A stretch of DNA of 64,000 bases from Alphaproteobacteria bacterium. Lineage in GTDB: Bacteria > Pseudomonadota > Alphaproteobacteria > Rs-D84. The position numbers were made by a program, and so were the translations under genes. Position 1 is the first letter of the stretch. Every line of letters starts with the position of its first letter. The stretch lies in contig JAFTTY010000035.1 in the NCBI GenBank assembly GCA_017466525.1, forward strand, positions 13,039 through 77,038, read 5' to 3'. The notes under the pieces were generated by a model that ran no database searches, was not told the DNA's origin, and saw only the letters and a program-made list of their open reading frames with translations. Below are positions 46,775 to 56,560 of this stretch, in pieces.

Positions 46775-49300
46775 GTGGCAGACAAAGGCAAATTAACCCC
46801 GGTAATGCAACAATACGTAGACATGAAGTCTGAAAATCCAGACGCATTGTTGATGTTTCGTTTGGGGGACTTTTATGAATCTTTTTTCGAAGATGCAAAA
46901 ACAATCAGTGTGGCCTTGGGGTTGGTTTTAACGGCGCGTGGCACCGATGGTAATGGTGATTCGATTCCAATGTGTGGAATTCCGTGGCACGCGTCTGATA
47001 ATTATTTTGGTCGCTTGGTTCGTGCCGGATACAAGGTTGCGTTGGTCGAACAAATGGAAACCCCCGCCCAGGCCAAGGCCCGTGGGCATAAGTTTATTGA
47101 GCGTAAGGTTGTTCGTGTTTTAACGCCCGGTACACTAACAGACGAAAATTTATTAACACCGACACATTCGAACTTTTTGGTTGCGATTGTGCCGGTTGGT
47201 GGTGGCAATTACGATATTGCCGGTTGTGATATTTCCACAGGTGAATTTTTTGTCGGTCAAACATCAGACGTAATGGATGATCTGGTTCGTATTAACCCGG
47301 CAGAGGTTATATTTCCATTTTCGCGTGCCGAAGAAAAATCGATTATGCAATTGCGTGGCGCATTTAAATCAACGCCGGTGTATGAAAAATTATATCAGCG
47401 CACAGATATTGATATGGTCGTATCGCGTGTCTTTGGTGGTGCAGTTGATGCGAACACGGTCGCAAAAAATTCTGATGGTGCAATTTGTCTGCTTGCGGGT
47501 TATTTATTTAATACCCAGCGTGATGCCACGATAACGTTCCGTGCGCCATATACATTCAAATCAGGTCATCAGTTATTGATTGATTCTGCCACTTGGAAAA
47601 GTCTGGAAATAGATAATCCAATAAATGACGGTGGTGCATGTTTGATTGATGTCTTGGATAAAACCCAGACGTCTGCGGGTGCACGAAAATTGCGTGCGTA
47701 TTTGCGTAATTTGTCCGCCGATATTAACGAGATTGTTTCCCGCCAGCAGCACGTATCGCATTTTGTCTTGAATCCAGATGTGACGGCGTCTGTATCAAAC
47801 GTATTATCATCTGTGCCAGATGTCGGACGTTGTCTGTCGCGTTTGTTGGCTGGGCGTGGTACGCCACGTGATTTGCGTCATATATCTGAATTTATCAGCG
47901 TATTGCCACGCGCCCAGATGTTGGCATCGCGTCTTGATACTGGCTTTGCAGACCGATTTGAAAAAATAAATGTTCATGGTGCGTTTGGCATGCGCCTAAT
48001 GCGCGCCCTGGCGGATGAATTGCCAACGTTCTTTCGTGATGGCGGTGTAATACGTGACGGTTTTGATGTTGCGCTGGATAATATGCGCGGTTTATCACAT
48101 GGCGCGCGTGAAACAATCGCCGCGTTGCAATCAGAATATGTTGCGCAAACAGGCGTAAATACCCTGAAAATAAAATACAACAATATTCTTGGATATTTTA
48201 TAGAGGTGCCATCCACCCGTGCCGACGTTTTGATGAAACCAGAATCTGGATTTATTCATCGTCAAACAATGGCTGGCAATATGCGCTTTACAACATCGCG
48301 TCTGATTGATTTGGACAATGATGTTCGCAGCGCCGCGGACAAGGCCGCCGCGATAGAGGCAGAAATTATAGAATCCTTTATCGCCCAAATCCGTGAAATT
48401 GCAGATGATTTATTATCAACGGCTGACTTGTTGGCAGATGTTGATGTTTGGATATCGTTGGCATCTGTTGCAGATACGTATTCATGGGTTCGCCCAAACA
48501 TGACCGACGATTGCGCGTTTGATGTTGTTGGTGGGCGTCATCCTGTGATTGAATCTGTATTGCGTACACGTGGTGATAATTTCGTAAAAAACGATTGTAA
48601 TCTGAACGCACATGCAATTGCGTTGTTGACCGGTCCGAACATGGCTGGTAAATCAACATACTTGCGTCAGAATGCAATAATTGTCGTGTTGGCGCACCTG
48701 GGGTCATTTGTCCCTGCACAAAGTGCGACGATTGGTGTCTGTGACCAATTATTCAGTCGTGTCGGTGCATCAGATAATCTGGCGGCAGGTCAGTCAACCT
48801 TTATGGTTGAAATGAGCGAGACTGCCAACATCCTAAACCGTGCGACAAACCGTTCGTTTATAATTTTTGATGAAATTGGACGTGGCACCGCAACATATGA
48901 CGGTATGGCAATTGCCCAGGCGGTATTAGAGTATCTGGATGAATTACAGCCACGTACACTATTTGCAACCCATTATCATGAATTAACGCGTCTGGTTTTA
49001 TCTGGTAATTTACATCATGTTTCATGTCTGACGATTGATGTTCGTGAACATAATAATGAAATTGTGTTTATGCATAAAATTGTATCTGGCGTTGCCAATC
49101 GTTCGTATGGTATACACGTTGCAAAAATGGCGGGCATGCCGTCATCTGTTGTTGCGCGTGCAGAATGTGTATTAAGTGCGCTGGAATCGAACGAACCTGT
49201 GATGCCATCGCAAGATTGTGCGCCAAAACCGATGCCGGCACGTAAAAAGCCATCTGTTTCGGATTGCGTATCTCAACCACAATTGAATTTGTTTGGATAA
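46775..49300 (+). CDS. mutS: DNA mismatch repair protein MutS (GTG start)
   Basis: TPVMQQY, FYE.F..DA mismatch-binding domain, Walker A GPNMAGKST and DEIGRGTATYDG. Confidence 0.97.
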   Translation: MADKGKLTPVMQQYVDMKSENPDALLMFRLGDFYESFFEDAKTISVALGLVLTARGTDGNGDSIPMCGIPWHASDNYFGRLVRAGYKVALVEQMETPAQAKARGHKFIERKVVRVLTPGTLTDENLLTPTHSNFLVAIVPVGGGNYDIAGCDISTGEFFVGQTSDVMDDLVRINPAEVIFPFSRAEEKSIMQLRGAFKSTPVYEKLYQRTDIDMVVSRVFGGAVDANTVAKNSDGAICLLAGYLFNTQRDATITFRAPYTFKSGHQLLIDSATWKSLEIDNPINDGGACLIDVLDKTQTSAGARKLRAYLRNLSADINEIVSRQQHVSHFVLNPDVTASVSNVLSSVPDVGRCLSRLLAGRGTPRDLRHISEFISVLPRAQMLASRLDTGFADRFEKINVHGAFGMRLMRALADELPTFFRDGGVIRDGFDVALDNMRGLSHGARETIAALQSEYVAQTGVNTLKIKYNNILGYFIEVPSTRADVLMKPESGFIHRQTMAGNMRFTTSRLIDLDNDVRSAADKAAAIEAEIIESFIAQIREIADDLLSTADLLADVDVWISLASVADTYSWVRPNMTDDCAFDVVGGRHPVIESVLRTRGDNFVKNDCNLNAHAIALLTGPNMAGKSTYLRQNAIIVVLAHLGSFVPAQSATIGVCDQLFSRVGASDNLAAGQSTFMVEMSETANILNRATNRSFIIFDEIGRGTATYDGMAIAQAVLEYLDELQPRTLFATHYHELTRLVLSGNLHHVSCLTIDVREHNNEIVFMHKIVSGVANRSYGIHVAKMAGMPSSVVARAECVLSALESNEPVMPSQDCAPKPMPARKKPSVSDCVSQPQLNLFG

Positions 49301-49314
49301 GAAAGGTAAATATT

Positions 49315-49824
49315 ATGATTGTTAAACCAATTTATGTTTTTGAAGCAAATGCGTACAATATTGTTCGTCGTGAATTTCCAGACAGCAAGTCTTTGTATAA
49401 GTTTATTAAGTCTTTTGATTTTACCAAGATATACGATGAAAATGGCAACCCGATTGATAATAATTACAGTTGTGAAACAAAGCGTTTTCGTTTGGGACAT
49501 CGTTTATCATTTGCGATTGATGGGTATAATGTAAAGTCTGACGTTGTGTGGGGACCAGAATTTTATGTTGGGCGTTCTGCGTCTGTCCTGCCCCAGCCTG
49601 GTGGTCGTCCTGCGTTGGAAATTGATTCGCCAAAGGCAGCGACAGTTTTTGATAACGCCTGTTATCAAAAGTTGTTAAAATATAACTATTCTTCCCTGGA
49701 CAAGGTTTTTGATACCAAAACAATGCGTCAGGTTTACCCCAGTGCGCGCGTGCGTGAATCTGACTTTGTGCGTTTTATTCGTGCTGTTTCGGCAAAAAAA
49801 TATAAAATAGAAAAAATAAAATAA
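49315..49824 (+). CDS. Hypothetical protein, 169 aa
   Basis: Clean ORF between mutS and truB, with SD-like GAAAGG 9 nt upstream. Its stop overlaps the truB start (TAATG). No recognised motif. Confidence 0.6.
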   Translation: MIVKPIYVFEANAYNIVRREFPDSKSLYKFIKSFDFTKIYDENGNPIDNNYSCETKRFRLGHRLSFAIDGYNVKSDVVWGPEFYVGRSASVLPQPGGRPALEIDSPKAATVFDNACYQKLLKYNYSSLDKVFDTKTMRQVYPSARVRESDFVRFIRAVSAKKYKIEKIK

Positions 49825-50696
49825 TGACATCGGGTTGGATTATCTTAGACAAAGATTCAGGACTGTTCTCACGAACCGCGGGCGGACGTATTGCACGAAT
49901 GCTGGGGACGAAAAAGTTCGGGCATATCGGCACATTGGATCCTATGGCAACGGGTGTGTTGCCAATTGCAATTGGTGACGCAACCAAGATGATTCCATTT
50001 GTCGAAGAACATAACCCATCAATCAAAGAATATTTGTTTTCATGTCAGTTTGGTTTTGAAACGGATACGCTTGATGTCACAGGGCGCGAAATTGCGCGCA
50101 ACAATGTCATTCCGACACAATCTGATGTTTTGGCGGCGTTGCCAAAATTTATTGGAAAGATAATGCAGACACCCCCGATTTATTCTGCGGTGCATGTCGA
50201 TGGGTTGCGTGCATATGATGCAGCGCGTCGGGGCAGGGCGATTGATATTCCGCCACGTTCGGTTGAAATTTACGAACTGGAATTTTTAGGCATACATGGA
50301 AAATCGTGGCATTTTCGTATGCGCTGTTCAACGGGTACTTATGTACGCAGTATTGCGCGCGATATTGCAAAAATGTGTGGTGCGTTTGCAACGGTTGATA
50401 TGATACGTCGGACGCTGGCGAATGGTTTTGACATAAAAAATGCCGTAAAACTTGATTTTTTGGAAAATCTGTTTAATAATAGTGGCGATTTTGGGGATAA
50501 CCTAAAACCGATTGATTTTGGACTGGGGGACATTCCGGTTCTAAATCTTGTCGATAAAGACGCTGATTTCTATCGAAATGGTGGCTTTATTGGGGTTGAT
50601 GCAATTGATGGTTTGTATCGCATTTATAACGATGATGTGTTCATTGGTATTGGTGCGGTCTGTGACGGTCTGTTGCGTCCAAAACGAACAATTTAA
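49824..50696 (+). CDS. truB: tRNA pseudouridine-55 synthase
   Basis: G.I.LDK..G..S, GHIGTLDPMATGVLPI catalytic motif and a C-terminal PUA-like region. Confidence 0.93.
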   Translation: MTSGWIILDKDSGLFSRTAGGRIARMLGTKKFGHIGTLDPMATGVLPIAIGDATKMIPFVEEHNPSIKEYLFSCQFGFETDTLDVTGREIARNNVIPTQSDVLAALPKFIGKIMQTPPIYSAVHVDGLRAYDAARRGRAIDIPPRSVEIYELEFLGIHGKSWHFRMRCSTGTYVRSIARDIAKMCGAFATVDMIRRTLANGFDIKNAVKLDFLENLFNNSGDFGDNLKPIDFGLGDIPVLNLVDKDADFYRNGGFIGVDAIDGLYRIYNDDVFIGIGAVCDGLLRPKRTI

Positions 50697-50714
50697 AAAA
50701 CAAAGGAAAATGTA

Positions 50715-50987
50715 ATGTCCATTACAAAGGCAAAAAAGTCTGAATTGATTCAGGCATACAAATCATCTGAAAAAGATAATGGCGGTTCTGTTGAATCCCA
50801 GGTTGCAGTTCTGACAGAACGTATTCGCAACTTAACAGAACATATGAAGGCGAACCACAAAGACAACCATTCAAAACGTGGCTTGTTGTTGATGGTAAAC
50901 CGTCGTAAAAAATTGTTGGCCTATATCAAGAAACGTAACCCAGAAGATTACGAAGCCTTGATTAAGAAATTAGGTCTGCGTAAATAA
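50715..50987 (+). CDS. rpsO: 30S ribosomal protein S15
   Basis: 90 aa; GSVESQVAVLTERI..LTEH...N.KD.HS.RGLL..V..R..LL.Y. Confidence 0.95.
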   Translation: MSITKAKKSELIQAYKSSEKDNGGSVESQVAVLTERIRNLTEHMKANHKDNHSKRGLLLMVNRRKKLLAYIKKRNPEDYEALIKKLGLRK

Positions 50988-50989
50988 TA

Positions 50990-51016
50990 AAAAATCCCCC
51001 GTTTGGGGGATTTTTT
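50990..51016. terminator. Bidirectional terminator between rpsO and the convergent HTH gene
   Basis: A-run, hairpin TCCCCCGTTTGGGGGA, then T6. Confidence 0.85.
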
Positions 51017-51287
51017 AACCGTTCTGTTTAATGATTTTATCAAACTCTTCTAAACAGTTAAGTTTTTTTCCAATTTCTATAAAATGATAGATTGTCACGT
51101 CCAGGGTTGCTTTTTCGTATGCATCAATAAATTCTGAATTAATCCCCAGCATATTTGCCAGTTGTTCTTGTGATATTTTCTGTGCGATGCGAATGTCGCG
51201 AATTTTATTTCCAATTTTTTCATAGAATTTTTTATCGCTGTCTGGGACTATGAATTCCTCGGGCAGGTTGATTTTATCAATTGGCAT
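51015..51287 (-). CDS. Xre-family helix-turn-helix protein, 90 aa
   Basis: IGNKIRDIRIAQKISQEQLANMLGINSEFIDAYE is a classic HTH_3 pattern. Confidence 0.75.
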   Translation of the reverse strand: MPIDKINLPEEFIVPDSDKKFYEKIGNKIRDIRIAQKISQEQLANMLGINSEFIDAYEKATLDVTIYHFIEIGKKLNCLEEFDKIIKQNG

Positions 51288-51412
51288 TTCTTACTCCATT
51301 ATTTATATATTGTTTGATTGTTAATTTTCCACTATCCCCGGACTGACGTCCTTTGTTGGGATTATATACAGTCAAATACTAAATATAAACAGGAGAGTTT
51401 TCCTGACGCGAT

Positions 51413-52519
51413 TTATTTCTTGGCGTTATTCAGTCGCAGTTGTCCACATGCAGAACCGATATCTGTACCGCGTTCACGGCGAATACGCGTATGAATTCCG
51501 TTTTTTATCAGTGTATCTTGAAATCTGTGTACTGCGTTCCCAGATGGCGACGCAAAGTCGCGTTCGTCAACCGCGTTCCATGGTATCAGATTTACCATAC
51601 AGTTTTTACCTTTTAACAATTCGGACAGTTTTTCTGCATATTCTGGGGTTGCGTTATACAAAACAGTTTCGCCGTTTTCGTCGCGTTTGCCCAGCAATAT
51701 ATATTCAATCATCAATTGTCTGTTGTGATTATCTGTAAAACGCCATGCCGCATCTAAAACATCATTTAATTTATATTTGTTGTTTATCGGCATGATTTGA
51801 CTGCGCAGTTCATCTGTTGGTGCGTGCAGTGAAATTGCCAAATTAATTGGTCGGCCCCATTCAATCAGTCTGTCAATCCCCGGCACAATTCCGCATGTTG
51901 ATACGGTTATTCTGCGCCACCCAATTCCCATATCTGAATTTGCGCGTTCAATAAAGTTAATAACATTTTCTGTGTTTTGCAGCGGTTCGCCCGTACCCAT
52001 AATCACGATATGTGACACATCGCCATTGTTTGCGTCCCCATTTGGACGAATTGGTTTGTCTGCAAATTTATCGCCACGCAGTTCCCATTGCGCCACCAGT
52101 ATCTGTGCAAATATTTCATTCGTGGTCAGATTTCTTTTTAACCCCAACAGTGTGCTGGCACAGAATTTACAGCCCATTGCACATCCAGCCTGTGAACTGA
52201 CACATACGCTGTTGCCATACGTTGTGCGCATTAATACACATTCGATTTGTTCGCCATCGTGCAAGCCCAACAAAAACTTGGTCGTTTCGCCGTCCGATGA
52301 TTCCAATTTTTTTACAATTTGTACAGGCAATGTTTGTGCCACATCGTCTAAATCACGACGCAGTTTTTCCGGAATATTTTTCATGGACATAAAATCTGGT
52401 GCGCCACGATTTAACCATTCGCGAATTTGTTTTGCACGAAATTTTGGCTGTCCCATATCTGTAATAAATTTTTCCAGTTCTGGGTCTGTAAAATTAAAAA
52501 GTATTGGTTTGTTTATCAT
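51413..52519 (-). CDS. rlmN: 23S rRNA/tRNA m2A methyltransferase RlmN (radical SAM)
   Basis: FRAKQIREW start, CAMGCKFCAS cluster, GEPL and a C-terminal GSACGQL motif. Confidence 0.95.
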   Translation of the reverse strand: MINKPILFNFTDPELEKFITDMGQPKFRAKQIREWLNRGAPDFMSMKNIPEKLRRDLDDVAQTLPVQIVKKLESSDGETTKFLLGLHDGEQIECVLMRTTYGNSVCVSSQAGCAMGCKFCASTLLGLKRNLTTNEIFAQILVAQWELRGDKFADKPIRPNGDANNGDVSHIVIMGTGEPLQNTENVINFIERANSDMGIGWRRITVSTCGIVPGIDRLIEWGRPINLAISLHAPTDELRSQIMPINNKYKLNDVLDAAWRFTDNHNRQLMIEYILLGKRDENGETVLYNATPEYAEKLSELLKGKNCMVNLIPWNAVDERDFASPSGNAVHRFQDTLIKNGIHTRIRRERGTDIGSACGQLRLNNAKK

Positions 52520-53340
52520 AATTTATATCTGTCGTCATTGATTACAATAACTGCCTTGCGACGCAGTTGTTTTAATTGTTGGTCTGCCTGGAACATCGCC
52601 TGTTTGTACATTGTGTTTTGCTTAATCATATCGTCCAGGTTTTTGTATTCGTCGGTCTTTTTTGTGCTGCATACCAGTAATACAGAATTATCTGCGCGTT
52701 TTGACCATGTCAGCAGCGGCAGCGTTGCAACGCGTTCGCGAATATCGGCAGACAGTTCATATTGTTTTGCTGTAAATTTTTGTGGGATTCCACCCAACGC
52801 CTCTGCCATTTTGATTGCGCCGTCGCATGATTTTGGCTTGGTCAGCTTTTCTGCAATGTCTGCTGGAATATCTGTCAAACGAATAATTGTCATTTCGATT
52901 GGCAGTCCATGTTCGCGTGCCAAATTTGCCTTTTCATTTGCGATATCTTCTTTTGATGTTGATATTGTTGGCATAACTGTTCGCGCAACAATGATTTGCC
53001 ATGCAATTTCCGCGCGCAGTGCATTTTTTGCCATTGCTTTTTCAGACGCGCTAAGTTCCCCCAGATTTAATTTTTTTAATTCCTTATCAACAATATCGTC
53101 TTCGGGCACAGCGTTAAAGTTGCCTGCGTATTTTATTTTTATATCGTCATCAATAATGTTTTGCAGCGCGACACGGCGATTGTCTGTGGATGTTTTTCCT
53201 TGTTTTGCCATTAATTGTGTACGCACAGTAATATCTGTATCTGTGATTGGCGTGCCATTAACGGTTGCGACAACCTGGGCTGCGAATGCCGGAATGGTTA
53301 ACAAAGTCGACATTAACATAGCAATGTTTAGTATTTTCAT
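52516..53340 (-). CDS. SurA-like periplasmic chaperone (SurA N-terminal domain protein)
   Basis: Signal peptide followed by VATVNGTPITDTDI, as in the SurA N-domain. It lies immediately downstream of lptD, as surA does in many Proteobacteria. No clear parvulin motif is seen. Confidence 0.6.
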   Translation of the reverse strand: MKILNIAMLMSTLLTIPAFAAQVVATVNGTPITDTDITVRTQLMAKQGKTSTDNRRVALQNIIDDDIKIKYAGNFNAVPEDDIVDKELKKLNLGELSASEKAMAKNALRAEIAWQIIVARTVMPTISTSKEDIANEKANLAREHGLPIEMTIIRLTDIPADIAEKLTKPKSCDGAIKMAEALGGIPQKFTAKQYELSADIRERVATLPLLTWSKRADNSVLLVCSTKKTDEYKNLDDMIKQNTMYKQAMFQADQQLKQLRRKAVIVINDDRYKL

Positions 53341-53357
53341 CTCTCTTTCCTTGCGTT

Positions 53358-55367
53358 TTAATATTGTTGTCCGTTAATAGCCATGCCGAATCTGAACTGG
53401 AATGTTGTTGTTCCGACATAGTCTTCTTTGATTGCGTTATCACGTCTGTATTCCACAGACAGGTAATAACACGGATGATTATAAAAGAATCCGCCGGTGT
53501 GTCTTTGGAATGCGCCAACTTCGATGTTATAAATCGCACTCCATCGCATAGACCAACGTTCTGTCAGTTTTAAACCCGCGCCAATAACCGCTTCGTTCAA
53601 ATCTGTGTTTTCTGTTAATTCATCACTAAGGTGTTGTGACCATATATGGCCAATATTAAAGAAATTTTGTGCCGTTCCCAAATTGATTGTATTCTCCATA
53701 TGGCGCAGTGCCAAATCGTCTTGGTTTAACCTGAAACGTGACGCAAATCCAAACCATTTCATGTTGTTATAACTGATGCGCCCAACATAATCAGACAGTC
53801 CATTGTGGAATCCGCTATTTAAATCAATTGCCGGTCTTTCTGTAAAGTCATATGATTGCCCCAAGAAGACTTCAACCGTATGTCCGCCATCATTAAATGC
53901 CGCCCAGCGTACACCATAATCTGCATATGTACCATTTTCCCACAAATCCAACCCCGAAAAGCGGTTGTTTGAAAACAGTGTTGAATCCGTCAAAATTGTT
54001 CCGGCAGAATCGTTGTTTAACGCAAATTCCTCGGCGTCCATTTTACGCATAACGGTCAGTCTTGCGCGTGGCTCGATTATCTGTGTCCAATTGTTTGTCG
54101 GCTTAAACAGTGGCAATCCCCATTCCACATATCCACTGGGCAAAAAGCGATTTTTAAATCCGGAAAATACATCGCCATCAACCATTTCTGTATTGTTAAA
54201 GTGATATACGTCGTATCGCGCAGATACGCTGGCGGTCAGTCTGTTGCCGCCCCACAATGTCCATGGGGTTGTCAATCGTGCGTCCCCAATCAGTCGTTGT
54301 GCCGATGTTCCGTCCCCTGAAATCCCCAGTACGTCCGTACCAAATGTCGCATATGTTTCACCGAACAGCGGTGCTGTTTGATGTACGGCGCGAATGTTTG
54401 GTAAAATATCACCGTCTGGCGCGGAATACAATCCGGTACTGTCGCGCAGTTCTTGGAAAATATGCGCATCTGCAACGACATAACTGCTTTGTCCAAATAC
54501 TTCCAGTTTTGCCCCAGAATCCAAATACGGCTGATCACCATAGAATCCATATTTCTGCAAATATGTTTTATCAGACGTACGTTCCAAGAATATTGTTGCG
54601 CGTGCATATTCGCCCAGGTCAATAACATCGTCATTAAAGATATGCCATCTGTTTTCGCCGGCCTTGTTTCGTGTGAACGACCCTTCGGTTCTGTATTCAG
54701 AATGGTCCGCGTTCAGTCGGTGTTCCAATTGAAATAACGGGTTTTCTTGGGTCAGATATGACAACGTAAACGTCATATCGTGTGTATCAGATATTGAAAT
54801 ATACAGCGGTATATTTATCTGGGTTCCCATTTTATTAGTCGACTGAAAATCTGGCATTAACAGGCCGGTTTTATACTTAACCCCCGGGTCCGGCATTTCA
54901 AAATAAGGCAACCATAACACCGGTATGTCATACGTCCGCAATACAGGACTATAAAATTTCAGCATACGTGTATCCATATCGTGGATAATTTTATATGTTG
55001 TAATCTTCCATGCGTCCCCATATGCATCACAGTCATCACATGCGGTAAATGTTGCATGTCTTGCAATGGTCAGGTCACCCTTGCGTATTATGTTATCAGA
55101 TTCAATATACACATGATTCCCCAGCCACATTTTTATATCTTCGCCGGCCAGTTCATCGCCCTGTTGCGTTATATATGAATCCCCCAGTGTCAGTCGTTGT
55201 CCAGATTCATTGACTATTTCTGTCTCTCCGATAGTTTTAATGGTTTCGGATTTTACATCGTATTCAATTTTTTGTGCGGTGATTGTACGTGGTTCATCCA
55301 GGTTTAACGCCCCATGCGCCGTCACAGACGCCAATATCGCCGGAAAAATCACGCAAATTTTTTTCAT
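53358..55367 (-). CDS. lptD: LPS-assembly outer-membrane protein LptD (OstA)
   Basis: Signal peptide, an N-terminal OstA-like segment, then a long aromatic-rich beta-barrel region ending in ...FQFRFGMAINGQQY. It is flanked by lptF/G and the surA-like gene. ATGA overlap with the upstream gene. Confidence 0.8.
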   Translation of the reverse strand: MKKICVIFPAILASVTAHGALNLDEPRTITAQKIEYDVKSETIKTIGETEIVNESGQRLTLGDSYITQQGDELAGEDIKMWLGNHVYIESDNIIRKGDLTIARHATFTACDDCDAYGDAWKITTYKIIHDMDTRMLKFYSPVLRTYDIPVLWLPYFEMPDPGVKYKTGLLMPDFQSTNKMGTQINIPLYISISDTHDMTFTLSYLTQENPLFQLEHRLNADHSEYRTEGSFTRNKAGENRWHIFNDDVIDLGEYARATIFLERTSDKTYLQKYGFYGDQPYLDSGAKLEVFGQSSYVVADAHIFQELRDSTGLYSAPDGDILPNIRAVHQTAPLFGETYATFGTDVLGISGDGTSAQRLIGDARLTTPWTLWGGNRLTASVSARYDVYHFNNTEMVDGDVFSGFKNRFLPSGYVEWGLPLFKPTNNWTQIIEPRARLTVMRKMDAEEFALNNDSAGTILTDSTLFSNNRFSGLDLWENGTYADYGVRWAAFNDGGHTVEVFLGQSYDFTERPAIDLNSGFHNGLSDYVGRISYNNMKWFGFASRFRLNQDDLALRHMENTINLGTAQNFFNIGHIWSQHLSDELTENTDLNEAVIGAGLKLTERWSMRWSAIYNIEVGAFQRHTGGFFYNHPCYYLSVEYRRDNAIKEDYVGTTTFQFRFGMAINGQQY

Positions 55368-56422
55368 TTCTTTGCCAAGATTAAATAAATTCCCATCAAA
55401 ACGCAACCCAAACCGATGGCCAGCAATCCGAATTCAGTTAAACTGCCAATCATATTAGATGCAGACATATATATCGCCATCAGGCCTGCCATTGCGCCAA
55501 CGGCGAACATTGGTGCAAAACTGGCGCGTCTGCGCAACAGCGACGACCGCAACAGTATTGTTGCACACAGCAATGCCAAAATCAGATTCATAACAGGGCT
55601 TAGAAACCGGTTGCATAATTCTGTCAGAATCATCTTGTGTTGTTTTTTTGTTTCTGCGTCGAACGCGATTTTTATCAGTTCGTCTGTTGGAATGCGTCTT
55701 ACGCGGAATGAACTGTTTGTATCTTTGTCTATAACATTCAAATCCATATCAAATGTTTCAAAGGTGCCTGTAATCATTCTGTCGCCCTGGGATTGCAACG
55801 ATCCGTTTGTCATCACCAGTGATAGTCCGCGTACAGTTGATACTAATTTGCCTTTTTCTGCAAAGATTGTGCTGGGTCTGTCCTTGTCACGCATATCAGA
55901 TAACATAACCTGACTTAAATCATGACCAGACACTTTGTCGACATAAACTACCATACCTTCGGTAATTGTGGTGAACGCGCTCTCGTGCAGCTTCATATGC
56001 GCCATACCATATTGCAGATTCCATTGCGTATCGTAAAACATGCTTTGTGTTTTTGGCACAATCCATATGTTTAACACCAGATTTGCCACCATTAGTACCG
56101 CGCCCAATTTAATTGCCGGTCTTGCAATCTGTTTTGGTGACAGACCAGATGCCGCCATAACGGTCACTTCGTTATCGCCAATCATCTTGTTATAAACAAA
56201 TATCACGGCGATAAAGCAAACAAATGGCACAATAATTGACGCGATAAACGGAATCATCAGCGCAGTCAGTCCCAAAAAATCACCCAAATCAATACCGTAC
56301 TTTATCAAGAACTTCATCATAGACATGATTTGCATCATCCATGCCAGTCCTGTCAGTATCAGCATCAGCATCACAAAAATTGCGACCAACTGTTTTGAAA
56401 AATATCTATTTAGGATTTTCAT
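55364..56422 (-). CDS. LPS export ABC permease, LptF/LptG family
   Basis: ILNRYFSKQL start typical of YjgP/YjgQ. Three TM helices, a periplasmic domain, then three TM helices. Confidence 0.85.
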   Translation of the reverse strand: MKILNRYFSKQLVAIFVMLMLILTGLAWMMQIMSMMKFLIKYGIDLGDFLGLTALMIPFIASIIVPFVCFIAVIFVYNKMIGDNEVTVMAASGLSPKQIARPAIKLGAVLMVANLVLNIWIVPKTQSMFYDTQWNLQYGMAHMKLHESAFTTITEGMVVYVDKVSGHDLSQVMLSDMRDKDRPSTIFAEKGKLVSTVRGLSLVMTNGSLQSQGDRMITGTFETFDMDLNVIDKDTNSSFRVRRIPTDELIKIAFDAETKKQHKMILTELCNRFLSPVMNLILALLCATILLRSSLLRRRASFAPMFAVGAMAGLMAIYMSASNMIGSLTEFGLLAIGLGCVLMGIYLILAKK

Positions 56423-56505
56423 ATATCGCAGTATAAAATATAACTTTGTTATTTTCAAATTAATATTAAATATGAAAAAAAATAAAAAAGGGCTGCTGTT
56501 TGTGC

Positions 56506-56534
56506 TTGGCGAAGTTCAAAAAACATGTTATAAT
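56506..56534 (+). promoter_or_regulatory. Sigma70-like promoter for the large Cys-rich protein gene
   Basis: TTGGCG, 17-nt spacer, TATAAT; 27 nt upstream of the ATG, with GGAG as the SD. Confidence 0.45.
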
Positions 56535-56560
56535 GAATACAAAAAATATGGAGTCAGGGA

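Noticed and set aside
52427-53377. Long antisense ORFs opposite well-supported genes: 52427-53377 (316 aa) opposite surA-like/rlmN, 42015-42869 opposite serS, 39011-39727 opposite typA, 28575-29126 opposite gpsA, 7598-8125 opposite infB, and 21763-22782 and 22490-23056 opposite pnp and the tandem paralogs.
   Set aside because: Their translations are low-complexity or Ser/Ile/Phe/Cys-rich, with no motifs, no SD-like sequences and no terminators. The opposite-strand genes carry unmistakable family signatures. They look like shadow ORFs.|
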